DNA of 63,500 nucleotides, filler included, from Globobulimina sp. (GCA_003354225.1; 47 parts of 47 records of this genome joined end to end with filler, not necessarily neighbours in it), one strand, 5' to 3'; positions 49,336 to 61,742 are shown, numbered from the whole stretch's first letter. Notes: generated by a model not told the origin, from the letters alone. A program made the numbers and translations.

Positions 49336-49979
49336 ATGGCAAACAAGTCCAAGCCAATCATGGGAGTTAAGTTCTCCTCAATTAAAAGTAACAATTAAAA
49401 TATTCAGATACACCATATGCACTTCCAATTGCAATTGCAGATTCCATCCACGATGAACGACTCCTACCAACTAAATCTGCGTAAACTATTTGAGCGTGGC
49501 TGTCGCATCCAGCCTAAAAACGAGATTGTTACGAAAATCGCAGGCGGATATCACCGAATAACATATGAAAAGTTGCAACATCGCGCAACCAAAATAGCGT
49601 CATCACTGCAAAGATTGGGCATAAAAATTGGAGATAGAATAGGTTCATTCATGTGGAACAATGCCAGACATTTAATGTTATATTACGCAGTTCCAGCAAT
49701 GGGCTGTGTGCTGCATACAATTAACATTCGATTGCACCCAAACGAGTTGGCGTACCTCATCAAACACGCTGACGTATGATCGACATATATATTGCACCCA
49801 CACCCACACACATACACAATATACATATTACCTGTCCACACACACAGAACCAGGCAATATTCGTCGACGCCGATTTGTTGCCTTTATTGGAAGCAATCCC
49901 ATCCTCCGCCTTTGCAAATGTTGGCAACATAATAGTTTGCGGCGAAAATATGAAATCCGGCGGCTGGAACAGCAAAACA
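49336..49979 (+). CDS. Fatty-acyl-CoA ligase, AlkK/DmdB/ttLC-FACS-like, N-terminus; introns 49366-49440 and 49774-49847
   Basis: STM..YQL.L..LF, EIVT....YHRITY, GDRIGSFMWNNARHL, GCVLHTINIRLHP, HAD|NQAIFVD; both introns restore the frame. Confidence 0.9.
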
Positions 49980-50420
49980 NNNNNNNNNNNNNNNNNNNNN
50001 NNNNNNNNNNNNNNNNNNNNNNNTTAATTAATTAANNNNNNNNNNNNNNNNNNNNNNNNNNNNNNNNNNNNNNNNNNNNTGTTTGTCGAGATGTTGTAAC
50101 TTTTGATGCCGAAGACATTGCTGAATATATTTGGACAAATAAACACGAAATGGATAATCTAACATTAACGCAATATATGTGCTCAAATGTGTGTGGGGCT
50201 GATAGAAATCCTAAAGTCCCCAAGAAATTAGCGAGAAAATATAATATTGGAAATGAAAAATGGGTTAAAATGACAGAACAAGAGAAACAGGAAAGGCTTG
50301 CTTTTGCTCAAAAACATTTTCGAATGAAACAAGACCTATAGCATCTAATGTAACTTTGTAATATTTCAATGACATAATACAGTTTATCATGCATTTTCAG
50401 CAGACGTAGACAAAAATCTC

Positions 50421-51116
50421 GTGGTTTCACATAAAACAAAAAAACTTGATAACGAGAAAGTGACAATTTTGATGAATACTAGAAAAATAGTACTCCTCAT
50501 TCATGGATATATGAGGAACAGATCAATTATTGATATAAAAGAATTAATTGTTTTGATTGTTGCGTATTTCCCCAGAAATTTTAATGTTTATATTCCTTCA
50601 GGTTCATATGGTGTGGGTAAAAAATACAAGTTTTCAGTATATTCTGGTAGCACAATAGAGTGTTTGTTGAGACAATATGAGGAAAAATCGGGTAAAATTT
50701 GGCCGGGAAAGAAATTAAAACCATATGCAGGAAATGCTTATATTTCTATCAAAAAATGTTGGACATTAAATCAAACAATGTCTGAATGCGGAATAGGGCC
50801 AAAGCAAACATTATATATTGATAGCTCATGGGGACAGGAAATGTATCTTAGATTGGGACCATCAGAATATTTAAGAGATGCAAATGGCGAACCAAAATAT
50901 TGGGGCAAATATTGTGGTCAATATCCAAAATTGTCCGAGGTTCAAAATATTTTGGAAAAAGAATTGAAAAATAAAACATTATTTCAAAAATATGCATTGT
51001 TTTATCGATTACATGAATTCGAGAATGATTCAGATCATTTTGGTAAATATAGGGAACAATACGAATGGTGCATTGACTTAAAAACAAAAGATGGGAAATA
51101 TTGGTATAAGAAATGA
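50421..51116 (+). CDS. Protein with N-terminal hhGYhR module followed by a ubiquitin-like domain
   Basis: LLIHGYMR...LIVAYF, then FNVYI...KKYKFSV..GSTIECLL...LNQTMSECGIGPKQTLYI (Ubl-like pattern). Confidence 0.5.
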   Translation: MVSHKTKKLDNEKVTILMNTRKIVLLIHGYMRNRSIIDIKELIVLIVAYFPRNFNVYIPSGSYGVGKKYKFSVYSGSTIECLLRQYEEKSGKIWPGKKLKPYAGNAYISIKKCWTLNQTMSECGIGPKQTLYIDSSWGQEMYLRLGPSEYLRDANGEPKYWGKYCGQYPKLSEVQNILEKELKNKTLFQKYALFYRLHEFENDSDHFGKYREQYEWCIDLKTKDGKYWYKK

Positions 51117-51625
51117 CTTGAACAATACATGTAAATATAAAATATTTATGTTCGATCATAATATCATACAGCAAAGTTAGTGTAACATCTTCCAAAATGA
51201 TGTCGGTCTGAACAAGCAATGTTGCTTCTAATATTAACTGAACAATATATTCCATCCCTTTTATAAATTTGTTCTGACTTTGTTCTGGATTTGCAAACCC
51301 AAGACAAAGTTATAACAAACCCAGAACAAACANNNNNNNNNNNNNNNNNNNNNNNNNNNNNNNNNNNNNNNNNNNNTTAATTAATTAANNNNNNNNNNNN
51401 NNNNNNNNNNNNNNNNNNNNNNNNNNNNNNNNGAGGATGAGGATGAGGAGGGGGAAGAAGAGGATACGTCGAAGGAAAACGAAAATGAAAATGGAGATGG
51501 ATATGAAAAGATAGATGCAACAGAAATTAAAAAAGATTTGTAAACTAATAATGACTGTGATTGATTTCTTAGTGTTTTGAAGACATGTGATCGATCAACA
51601 ATTATAATTAATAAATGATTATAAT

Positions 51626-52684
51626 TTACGATCTAGAAGAAGGTAAGAACGCATCTACAAAGGGTGTTGGTTGTCTATTCATAATCATACTTGCAATAGC
51701 TTTACCGGCCAGGAATGCATAAGTCATACCACTGCCAGTATAACCAGCACAAATATAGGCATTATGTTTATCTACAAGTGGCCCAATATATGGCAAACCA
51801 TCGTCAGTAAATCCCATTATACCTTGCCATTCCATGTACCAATCATCCATATATCTTTTCTCTTTAATGTGTGGATAATATTCATATAAATAATTCTCCA
51901 AATATTCTTCAACTTTTCTGTCAATATCCGAATCATCATAATTATTTATCCAATTCTTTGGTGCATTTTGTCTGCCACCGCCAATCAATAATCTTCCATC
52001 CAACAATTGATTATAATATTGATAGCCGTCGCCAATTCCATTAACTTGTCTCCATACACTTTCATTAATAATTTTTGATATTATCACCTGGTTTTTTGCT
52101 GGATATATTTTTGATGAATATTCTGGTAATAAATATGAGGTATATCCGTTTGTTGCATATATAACAACATTTGAATTAATTCTGTTGTTATCTCTTGTTT
52201 TAATGTTCCATGACTCGTTAATCTCATTAAATGTTACAGAGGTCACAAGTTTATTAAATTGAATATTTAAATTGCTTCTCGATTCAAACGCATTCAATGT
52301 ATTATTTGTATGCAAAATGCTATAATTTAATAAAGCAAATACAACTCTCGATGGCCAAAAAATATGTGTGTCATTTTTAATAATACCATTTGTCCAAATA
52401 TCACTTTCAGAAATGTTTCTCATTTGTGCTGTATTTAACAATTTATTTTCAAATCCGATATTGTAGCTGTTTTTCATTATATTAATTGTATTTTGGATTG
52501 ATTGTAAATATGAGCTGTCATTACTTATCATGCTGGATATTCCCGGAGAAAACTTTAAATTTGCGTCAATTTTGTTGTCCTCAATAAATTGCATAATATC
52601 ATTAAAATTTTGTTTAGTGAAATTGTATCGTAATAATGCAGTTTCTTCACCAAATTCTGTTAATGTTGAATTAAATGATTCAGC
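51626..52684 (-). CDS. FAD-dependent oxidoreductase (DAO/PuuB-like), 5' partial
   Basis: VIYATNGYT, DGRLLIGGGR, WQGIMGFTDDGLPYIG, CAGYTGSGMTYAF. Confidence 0.92.
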   Translation of the reverse strand, partial: AESFNSTLTEFGEETALLRYNFTKQNFNDIMQFIEDNKIDANLKFSPGISSMISNDSSYLQSIQNTINIMKNSYNIGFENKLLNTAQMRNISESDIWTNGIIKNDTHIFWPSRVVFALLNYSILHTNNTLNAFESRSNLNIQFNKLVTSVTFNEINESWNIKTRDNNRINSNVVIYATNGYTSYLLPEYSSKIYPAKNQVIISKIINESVWRQVNGIGDGYQYYNQLLDGRLLIGGGRQNAPKNWINNYDDSDIDRKVEEYLENYLYEYYPHIKEKRYMDDWYMEWQGIMGFTDDGLPYIGPLVDKHNAYICAGYTGSGMTYAFLAGKAIASMIMNRQPTPFVDAFLPSSRS

Positions 52685-52784
52685 NNNNNNNNNNNNNNNN
52701 NNNNNNNNNNNNNNNNNNNNNNNNNNNNTTAATTAATTAANNNNNNNNNNNNNNNNNNNNNNNNNNNNNNNNNNNNNNNNNNNN

Positions 52785-54036
52785 GTGTATGATGTAATTG
52801 ATTATTTATTCAAATTATTACAGAAAATATTAAATATTTACTCCCCAAAATTTGTAGTGATTATATTTGATGCAATCAATCAATTTTTATATTCAAAACA
52901 AGCTCTGCAATTTTTAAATTTGATAATGAACAATAATTCGCATCCAAAAATAAAAATTATTTTATCTGCTTCGCGCATAACGAAGATTGATAAAATAAAT
53001 AAAAACAATGTGGAAATAATAAAGATTGACACGATGAATAAAGATGAAATATTAATGTTTATTAAACATTATTTGAGTCAATACGGCAAAGTATTTGATG
53101 ACACACAGAAATCGATGATTCTCGACCATCAGCAAACTGTATGTAATCCTTTATTTTTATCCACTTTTCTGGAGGAAATGCGTTGTTTTGGTTCATTTGA
53201 AGACTTAAACAAATACATGCAATCATACATTACTGTTAATTCAATCTCAAAGCTATTTGAAAAGGTAATGTGTCGCTTGCAAAATGAATATGAAAAATTT
53301 AATAATATTTTAAAACATACCTTATCTTTGTTATATATTTCACGAAACGGTTTGTTGCAAAATGAATTGCAAATGTGTTTGGAACATATGATGAATGTAT
53401 CAAAAATAGAAAAAACATTTCCTATTTTTGAGTACACCTCGCTGATACATCAATTAATTAACCTTCATTTCATCCGACAGATTTCTGGTAAATACACCAT
53501 AATTCATCAATTTATTAATGATGCAATTCATTCAAAATATTTTCACCAAAATGACGATAACAAAATTAAATATTTGCAAGCTATCTATCAGAGTTTTATT
53601 AAAATATACAATTATAATTATTCAAATCAAACATTTATAAATCAAGTACCTCATTGTTTGTATAGTTTGATAAATGAATTCAAGCAAATAAATTATAAAG
53701 AAAACCTAAAGAGTATCATCGTTGACATTGAATGTATAAAATATATGAAACTGCCCCAAAATATATACGATTTCCACAAATATTGGAGCATTATCAAAGA
53801 TGACGATACTTCGATTTATAAATGTTTTAAATTAAAATTGGAAAACTTAGTAAGTAATAATATTAATAATGAATACAATCCAACTCAAATAGCAGAATAT
53901 TATCATGACATTGCAATTTTTATGATAGATACAGGTCGATACAATGACAACATTGAATATTTTCTGTGCGAATGTTTGAAGTATTACGATAAGAATACAT
54001 TGGAAACTGAAGCAATAATGTTTGAGCTGGCGAAAT
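52785..54036 (+). CDS. NACHT/STAND NTPase-associated region followed by helical (TPR-like) repeats; NPHP3/TEP1-like
   Basis: Walker B VVIIFDAINQF, YGK, NPLFL....EEMRCFG, SRNGL..NEL. Confidence 0.75.
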
Positions 54037-54136
54037 NNNNNNNNNNNNNNNNNNNNNNNNNNNNNNNNNNNNNNNNNNNNTTAATTAATTAANNNNNNNN
54101 NNNNNNNNNNNNNNNNNNNNNNNNNNNNNNNNNNNN

Positions 54137-54840
54137 GTTATCGTATACAATCTGAAACAAAGAAATATTTGGACAAAATAAAAAATACTCCGCCATCCCC
54201 AGCTGATACAAAGATTTGTATGCATGGTTTCAATGAGAAAGCACTGCTTTATTCACAAAATGCATTTAAATGGTTTTTCAAATTTTATTTTCCGTTATTT
54301 TTATTATTTTCCTCAATAAAAATTATGAAAAATATTAACAACTCTAAATCTGTTAATTATGTCTCAATTTTGGTGAAACTGATTGTAAAAGCAATGGATT
54401 CCTCGGTTCGATCAATGTGGAGCAATGTTATTACCTTTTTGGGTGCGTATTATATTATTCCTAGTTTCTCTCTATATTTATTTGCAAAATGTTTCGGAAT
54501 AAAATTAACATTGACCCAGCACAAATTATTTAACTTAATTGTTACCATTCCATTTTTTTGTAGAATTGGAGCATTATCAGAACCAAAATCAAGGCAAAAA
54601 GGAGTGGTACTCTTTTTCATTTATAATGCAGCCATGCTTTTGATAAACGAGTATTTTGATAATGAAACAATGAATGATAAACAGAAGAAAAATAAAAAAA
54701 ATGTGGTTATAAAAGACAAAAATGTGGCATCAGTGTTGTTTGGATGTTATGTATCAATTTCAATGTTTACTACATTTTGGATGATCAAAAATAACAAAAA
54801 ACTGGCTGTGGATGATAAAATATTTCGTCATGCGTTATAA
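54137..54840 (+). CDS. TMEM135-like membrane protein, C-terminal part
   Basis: C.H, F.....FYFPL, VRS, LSEPKSRQ..V.LF pattern. Confidence 0.55.
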
Positions 54841-55134
54841 TGTGATATTAAAAAGTCAGAAGAATTATTATTGATACTATAATAAATATCAATTTTGTGT
54901 TGTTCATTGTTTGGGTTTCTGAATTATGATAATTGTTGTTTGCTATTTGTATAAAACTACTTTCGTAATCTGAGCATAATTGCACATAATGACTGATCTG
55001 ACGTGCAGTGGTCAATATTATTTATATTGCGCAATATAAGAACAGCCTCTCCGATGATATTAAAAAGATATCGGTTCACGTTTGTAAGAGAAATATTTTA
55101 ATCTGCTAAGCTGTACTAGAACAATGGCACTTTT

Positions 55135-55388
55135 TTGTGTGATTATGATAACAGATCTGCCTATTCCAATGTTGGCGCTTTTATGTATGGTCCAATTCTG
55201 TTGACTGGATTAACAAACTCTGTTTACGTCAGTTTCGATGTTGATAGAATTGAAGAAGCAATAAAACCGGTTGGTGACGGAAGCAATAAATTTATAGCAA
55301 CGGATATTTATGGAAATAACATGTCAATGATACCTCGAATGGATCTTATAAATGAGCAATATACGATATATTTTACGAACACGGGTTC
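55135..55388 (+). CDS. Fragment resembling the C-terminal region of GH127/DUF1680 glycosidases
   Basis: DNRSAYSNVGAFMYGPILLTG...MIP.MDLINEQYTIYF. Confidence 0.55.
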
Positions 55389-55580
55389 NNNNNNNNNNNN
55401 NNNNNNNNNNNNNNNNNNNNNNNNNNNNNNNNTTAATTAATTAANNNNNNNNNNNNNNNNNNNNNNNNNNNNNNNNNNNNNNNNNNNNAGTCAGCAACAA
55501 AAACATCGACATCTACAGCAACCGAGAAACAAATCGAGAGTTGGAAGAAACAATTATTTGGAAAACATCGTGATTTTGCC

Positions 55581-56378
55581 ATGGTTTTTTATTTTAATGC
55601 ATTGGATCGGTATCCAGGGGGCAACGCTGATATGTATTTACAGAAATATGTGTTGTCGGTGTGTCGCGAATTTGTTACATTTGAAAAATATAATCGAGTC
55701 AACTATGATGGCGTGAATCAAAAATCAAAATACTTATTTCCTATCAATATTGACGGGATTAATCAGATTGAAATGTGTATTAATAACGTATTGAATGCTT
55801 TTATGGACTTAAAATTAAAAAATATGAATGCGACAGATTATGAATGGTATACAATCGATGGGAGGCGAGACAGAGAGGAGGAAGATACCAAATGGTCTAC
55901 GATTTGCATGCAATTATACCTTTCACCGAGGAATAGAGGCAGTGGTGGGAAATATGGCAATTTTAAATCGCAATCAACAGCGCGGTTTTATGCGTGTTGT
56001 ATGCAATGTGGTTTTGTGCATTTTAGTGACAATATTTTTGTGATTATTGATGATTTATTAGGAGATTCGTGGGATTTCGGTGAAAATTGGCAGAGATTTT
56101 TAAGTGTTTTTAGGGAAGCGATATATAGAGATAATAGAGGTAATTTGCCAAAGAATAATAAAGCAATACCAAACCCAATCGGTTATAAATTAATTAAAGC
56201 GTCGAAGGAATTATGTGGTAATACGTCGGTGTTGGACTATGCAAATAATATTTCGCGAGCCGCTAAATTTGATGATGAAAATGATGAGATGATTACGATG
56301 AATGTAGCACGAAATCAAACATATAATATTTGTCAAGTAGCGACACTTGGATTAGATTATGAAATTAAGATGGAATGA
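55581..56378 (+). CDS. Hypothetical protein
   Basis: 265-aa open frame; no family recognised. Confidence 0.55.
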   Translation: MVFYFNALDRYPGGNADMYLQKYVLSVCREFVTFEKYNRVNYDGVNQKSKYLFPINIDGINQIEMCINNVLNAFMDLKLKNMNATDYEWYTIDGRRDREEEDTKWSTICMQLYLSPRNRGSGGKYGNFKSQSTARFYACCMQCGFVHFSDNIFVIIDDLLGDSWDFGENWQRFLSVFREAIYRDNRGNLPKNNKAIPNPIGYKLIKASKELCGNTSVLDYANNISRAAKFDDENDEMITMNVARNQTYNICQVATLGLDYEIKME

Positions 56379-56840
56379 CATTATATATAATTTGTTTTAA
56401 TTTAGTTTAAATTGTCACAGTTATACATTTACTAAAAACTTTTGTTGAAAAAAATATCTGATTGCAAACAATAAGAAAACAAAAACGTGTTTTTAAGAGT
56501 GTCTATATATGAAAGCTGTATATTTTTTAAGTCGTTAAGCTGCGATTCCGCATGCATTATTATAATCATTTCCATTGTGTCTTACCACATCGACAGCCAT
56601 CCGCTTGTTCATTCTCGAAAATTCCCATGAACCTAACTCAGTTTTATATATATATATTTAATAAATCGCATCGGCAATAAAATTCTACTTTTGAAATACT
56701 TTCAATCTATGTTTTCGGAGCTCCCATTATTTTTCGTATTNNNNNNNNNNNNNNNNNNNNNNNNNNNNNNNNNNNNNNNNNNNNTTAATTAATTAANNNN
56801 NNNNNNNNNNNNNNNNNNNNNNNNNNNNNNNNNNNNNNNN

Positions 56841-58092
56841 AAGGATATAAAACACGAATAATTCTCAAAATACAACACCATTAATCGCAAACCATCTGAA
56901 AATAGCGCATTGTGCAAATAATTTGTATTGAAATCATTGTCGGCGATCTTAATCTTATGCGACAACTCAAATCCTTCCTTTTTATTTTCTTTGACAATTT
57001 TCTTCTTAAACGCGGGATTGTTAATAATAGCAATCAAATACGGTGCCAATGGGATGTAGATCTTGCTCGATTTGATCAGCTCGATCAAGGTTTGGATGAT
57101 TTTGAGTCTCGCCGGGTTGTAAGCGGCCGATCGTGTGATGGTCAATACACTGCAACAGATCTGAATGAATGGATAAAATAACAAATGTAGATCAGAATTC
57201 TTTTTCCCGCAATGTGAGCCTAACACTTTGGCCCATAATCGTATGATATTTACAAATCTCCAGTTATAAATCGAGGCAATCGTCTCCAATTTGTATTGCT
57301 TCAGACTCTTTTTGCGGTTCTTTTTGTTCTTTTCATTTCTGGACAAAATGAGCAGCGATTGCTTCACGTGAAACGCGATGGACCTCAGCCGTTTGAAAGC
57401 GTCCTTGTAAGCCACCACCGGGTTCAATGAGTACATCTCCACCAAACAGTTCATCAGAAAACTAATGCCGGGCATGGTTGCGCGCGAGACGCGTTTGCAG
57501 ATTTTCACAAATGCGGCATACATATATTTGTAGATATTCATCAATTGGCTGTCGTTCACACGTTTGCCGCATTCGTATAAAAAGATAAATGCATCGATGC
57601 GCACATTGGCACTGCTCGACGCCCACAATTTGCAAATGGACACAATGTATTTCCGGCGTATTGATTCATGCAATGTTATTATCACAAATATCAGCTCGCG
57701 GCAATGGATTAAATACAATCTCTGCATCGACGGATCGTAGACGGTGGCAAAAAATAGATGTAAGAGTTTAAAATATCGATTAAATAACGGCCTGTGACGC
57801 ATGAATCGCTTGTTTGGCGTTACATTTTGGAGTTGCTGTTTGGCTGAGATATTGAAGGTGTTTTTGATTTGTGCCGCTAGTTTGGTCAAAATATACCGTA
57901 ACAACTTTGGAGATACCGCGTTATTTGCGACGGCAAGACTCGTTTTCGACGTTTTGGAGAGTTTCTGTATAAAACAACAAACCATATTTATAAAAGGCGC
58001 AAAGTCCGCAATAGAAACATAACTGTCTTTTCTTTTTCAGCTTTTTCGGACTCGACGGTCACCTCCACGAAGGAACAAAATCCATTCATAAT
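56841..58092 (-). CDS. NOC2: Nucleolar complex protein 2 (NOC2), internal fragment; apparent frameshift near 58025-58045
   Basis: MPGISFLMNCLVEMY, AYKDAFKRLRSIAFH, IYNWRFVNIIRLW, LFYPFIQI, YIPLAPYL. Confidence 0.88.
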
Positions 58093-58192
58093 NNNNNNNN
58101 NNNNNNNNNNNNNNNNNNNNNNNNNNNNNNNNNNNNTTAATTAATTAANNNNNNNNNNNNNNNNNNNNNNNNNNNNNNNNNNNNNNNNNNNN

Positions 58193-59134
58193 AAAAGAGC
58201 GAGTTTGTGTCTTTAGATATTAACCAACTCGAAGCGCATCAAAATGAAAATGGCCAAATTGATATCGATCCAGAAGCAAACGCATCAAATACAACACAAC
58301 ATTCATTATCTTGCAGACAACAACAATTAAAACAGAAAGAAATTGAATTACAGCAAATGTATGTTACACTTTATTTTATTCCTTTTCCCTAATACTGAGA
58401 CAAAATAAAATAAAATTAACAGGGAGCAAATGTTAAAAGCAAAATACGGCATTTCTGAGTTTAATGCGGGCAAACTACCAAATAACAAACGTGTACAAAA
58501 TACAGGTTCAGATAAGCACAACGACCCAAATTGGCCGCATCCAAACTGGGCAGCATATTTATATCATGACATTGACGCAGACATTCCAGAACATGCAAGA
58601 GATTTAGTTTATGCTGGATACAGAACCTGGAAGCTATCGGTATGTGGTTATGTATTGAATATGATCACCATTGGATTTGCTGCATTTCATGACAATTATT
58701 ATGAATCAGGTTTGGCGAAAAGCGAAGCTATGTTTACATCGTTGCTATGGGTCGCTGTCGCTGTGCCTATTGGATTTTTGTTGTGGTATATGAATTTATA
58801 TCGCATTGCAAAACACTTTTCGACCAAAAATTGGTTAGTATTTTCAGTCACATTTGCCTGCCATATGCTGTTTGCTGCGATTATTTTAAGTGGATGTCCA
58901 TGGTATCCATGTGGCGGGATTTTGTTTACCATCACTTGCTTTTTTAGCGGGTTTACAATATCAACAATGTTTGGTGCAATGAATTGTGTAATTTGGACAA
59001 TTATTTTGGTACTGTCATTGTCGATATTTCGCACTCAAAAACGAATGTTGTCAGGAAATAATAATATAGCCAATGAAGTTAAAGGTACATTGTTTAACAG
59101 TACAATTGTAAAAATGGTTGCATTTACACGATGA
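58193..59134 (+). CDS. Secretory carrier membrane protein (SCAMP); intron 58359-58422
   Basis: Coiled coil, PNW...LYHDIDADIP, FLLWYMNLY (E-peptide region), 4 TM segments. Confidence 0.85.
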
Positions 59135-59544
59135 CGTTGTAATTAATAATGTAATGTGTTTAATATTTACTCATATTATCAATTTGAGCTTTCTTTATAT
59201 GTTCACTTTTAATTTAAATTTGTCACTTTTTTTATGTTTTTGATCCTTGATTCCTTGCCAAAAATCTTTGTTAAGCGATATTTTGAATTCTTATATTTGT
59301 AAAAAGTAATATGTTTTCATACAAATAGAGTTAGTGCATTTAAGTGAAAAGAAAGTAAAGTCGATAATTCAGTTGATTTTATCCGTCTACAATCAATTTT
59401 AACAGACTAAACGAATAAATACTGAATTATGTCAACCGTATTTANNNNNNNNNNNNNNNNNNNNNNNNNNNNNNNNNNNNNNNNNNNNTTAATTAATTAA
59501 NNNNNNNNNNNNNNNNNNNNNNNNNNNNNNNNNNNNNNNNNNNN

Positions 59545-59927
59545 TCCTCCGCCGTGTCCACCACCACCACTCATACCACCTCCACCACCCATACCTCCGC
59601 CGTGTCCTCCTCCTCCACCGCCTCCACCGCCTCCTCTTCCTCCTTCATACCCGTCGCCACCTCGACCATGCCCTTCATCGGATTCTTCAAATGAATCGTA
59701 ACCGAAACCGCGGTATCCATCATAGCCATATTCATTGGGGCCACCATTCCATCCTAATAATCTTCGGCTTTTTACATTCAATTCGTTGCCTTTGCCTTTG
59801 TTGCCTGTATAGTAAAGTGTATATTTGAATTTGTATAGTTTTTCATTTGTATTATCACGGATCGCCATAGAAATTAACCTAATGAGACTATAATCAGCAA
59901 CGCACACATTGTTAATTGGAACAACAT
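59545..59927 (-). CDS. Secreted Gly/Tyr/His-rich protein with RRLL propeptide motif; intron 59805-59878; 3' partial
   Basis: Spliced MLFQLTMCALLIIVSLG|NKGKGNELNVKSRRLLGWNGGPNEYGYDGYRG...poly-G. Confidence 0.75.
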
Positions 59928-60291
59928 GATATATTTAATTTTATATTCGATTGCTTTTGCTTTGTTATATTTTTTGTGGAGAGTGGGAGTTAGTTATTAA
60001 AAGAGGAAAGAAAAATGTTTGTTGGTGTTTGATTAAAAAAGAAAAAACTTTTTCACTGGATAATACAAGAATATTTTAGTATTCTTCGACAATAAGTGGG
60101 ATAATCATAATAAGTGGGTATCGCATGCCGGCCGTCTAACACTTGTACAGAAAAGGCTGGTGTTTAATAAAGCATTTTCAGTGAACTTTGTCCCGAACTC
60201 AAAACTTTTCAAATGAATTTTTTTCTTCATCAAACAATAAACTTTACTTTCTTCACCAAGTCTGCAGTATCTGATTGGTGTCACCTCGAAA

Positions 60292-60796
60292 ATGATATAT
60301 TATTTCATTATTACGACGATAGTTTGGTTATTTGCGTGTGGCATCGCAACAGGTATTAGCTATATTTTGTCTTTTAATCACATAACTGATGATGGAAACA
60401 CATTTATTTTATTTATATCACAGAAGATGAGTGTACTAATAAGCTGTGTGCAATGTACCCGGATGCAATATGTTTAGTATCAGATACAGGTTCCAATAGC
60501 ACCACATTCATGGATAACAATGGTTATTTGATACAAAATACTGATTGTGATTGCAGCAAAAATCATAAATTATATAATACGCAATGTTTAGATCATTATG
60601 TGAATAAATCAATTGGTAAATATTATATAAACATTGATATCACATTCAATATTCGTGATCAAGCACCATATCAAAATCAACGAGACGTATTATTTTCCAG
60701 TATTCGTGAATGTATCAGTTTTTTTCTTGATCGAAATATTAGTATCTGCACGAAAAGCACCTTCATCCCGCGTCACTGCTCTACGGAGACGGCGTG
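60292..60796 (+). CDS. Secreted Cys-containing hypothetical protein; intron 60353-60423
   Basis: Signal exon MIYYFIITTIVWLFACGIAT spliced in frame to EDECTNKLCAMYPD. Confidence 0.65.
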
Positions 60797-60896
60797 NNNN
60801 NNNNNNNNNNNNNNNNNNNNNNNNNNNNNNNNNNNNNNNNTTAATTAATTAANNNNNNNNNNNNNNNNNNNNNNNNNNNNNNNNNNNNNNNNNNNN

Positions 60897-61411
60897 AAAT
60901 GGATATAATCTGACAAACACATTAAATATGCATTGCTACAAAATTCGATAAATATTGCTTCTGAGTTCGCATTTGAGTTTTTACCACATAATAATTGGTA
61001 ATATCGTAAGCCGTATGCTATCCGTAATAAATGATCGCAATTTTTGATGATTTCCTCGTCGTACTCACTGCAATTACATTCTGTTGCGTTTGTTTTAAAT
61101 ATTGCAAAATCTACTACGTCGAATGCAGTGATAGTGATTGATTGTGTTGGTTGTGTTGGTTGTGTTGATTGTGTTGATTGTGAAATTAGCAATGGCCGAA
61201 CCGATTTTTTTTTGTTATTTTGTTGTTTCCGTTTTTGTGATTTTGAAGAAATTTGTTTTCTTTGAATTTGATTGTTGTCACCATTTTTACGCAATATTCT
61301 ATCGATAAGATTACTTTTCGTCTCCTTCCATTTCGGTTTAACCTTATATTTTTTGATCAATTCTTTCTCTGATAATTTAAGTAAATCTGTTTTTCTCAGT
61401 GTAGCAGCCAT
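60897..61411 (-). CDS. Hypothetical protein with SAP-like N-terminus
   Basis: LLKLSEKELIKKYKV...ETKSNLIDRIL; Cys-containing domain downstream. Confidence 0.5.
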
Positions 61412-61742
61412 TAATGGCCCAATATGAGCTAAGCTTTAATAAAAACTTTGCAGATTAAAAACAATGACACTCGAACCTCAAGTTGAGTTATTATGGATAG
61501 TTATTTTTTATTATTTCCTCGTCGTCCTCACTGCAATTGCATTTGTTGCGTTTGTTTTAAATATTGTAAAATCAAGCTCTGTGCTTTGAGCAACTGCAGT
61601 GTTGGCTTTCTTGTTTGTTTGTTTGTTTGCCATTGTAAAATGGGCTCAGAAAAAAAACTTTGGCATTAATTATGCGAGAATATGTTATTTTACATGGACG
61701 TGATATTTGAAAATGTTTACAGTAACAATCAAGTTTCAACAT

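Noticed and set aside
58025-58045. Programmed frameshift in NOC2
   Set aside because: A-rich run close to the contig end in an essential gene; a sequencing or assembly indel is more parsimonious.
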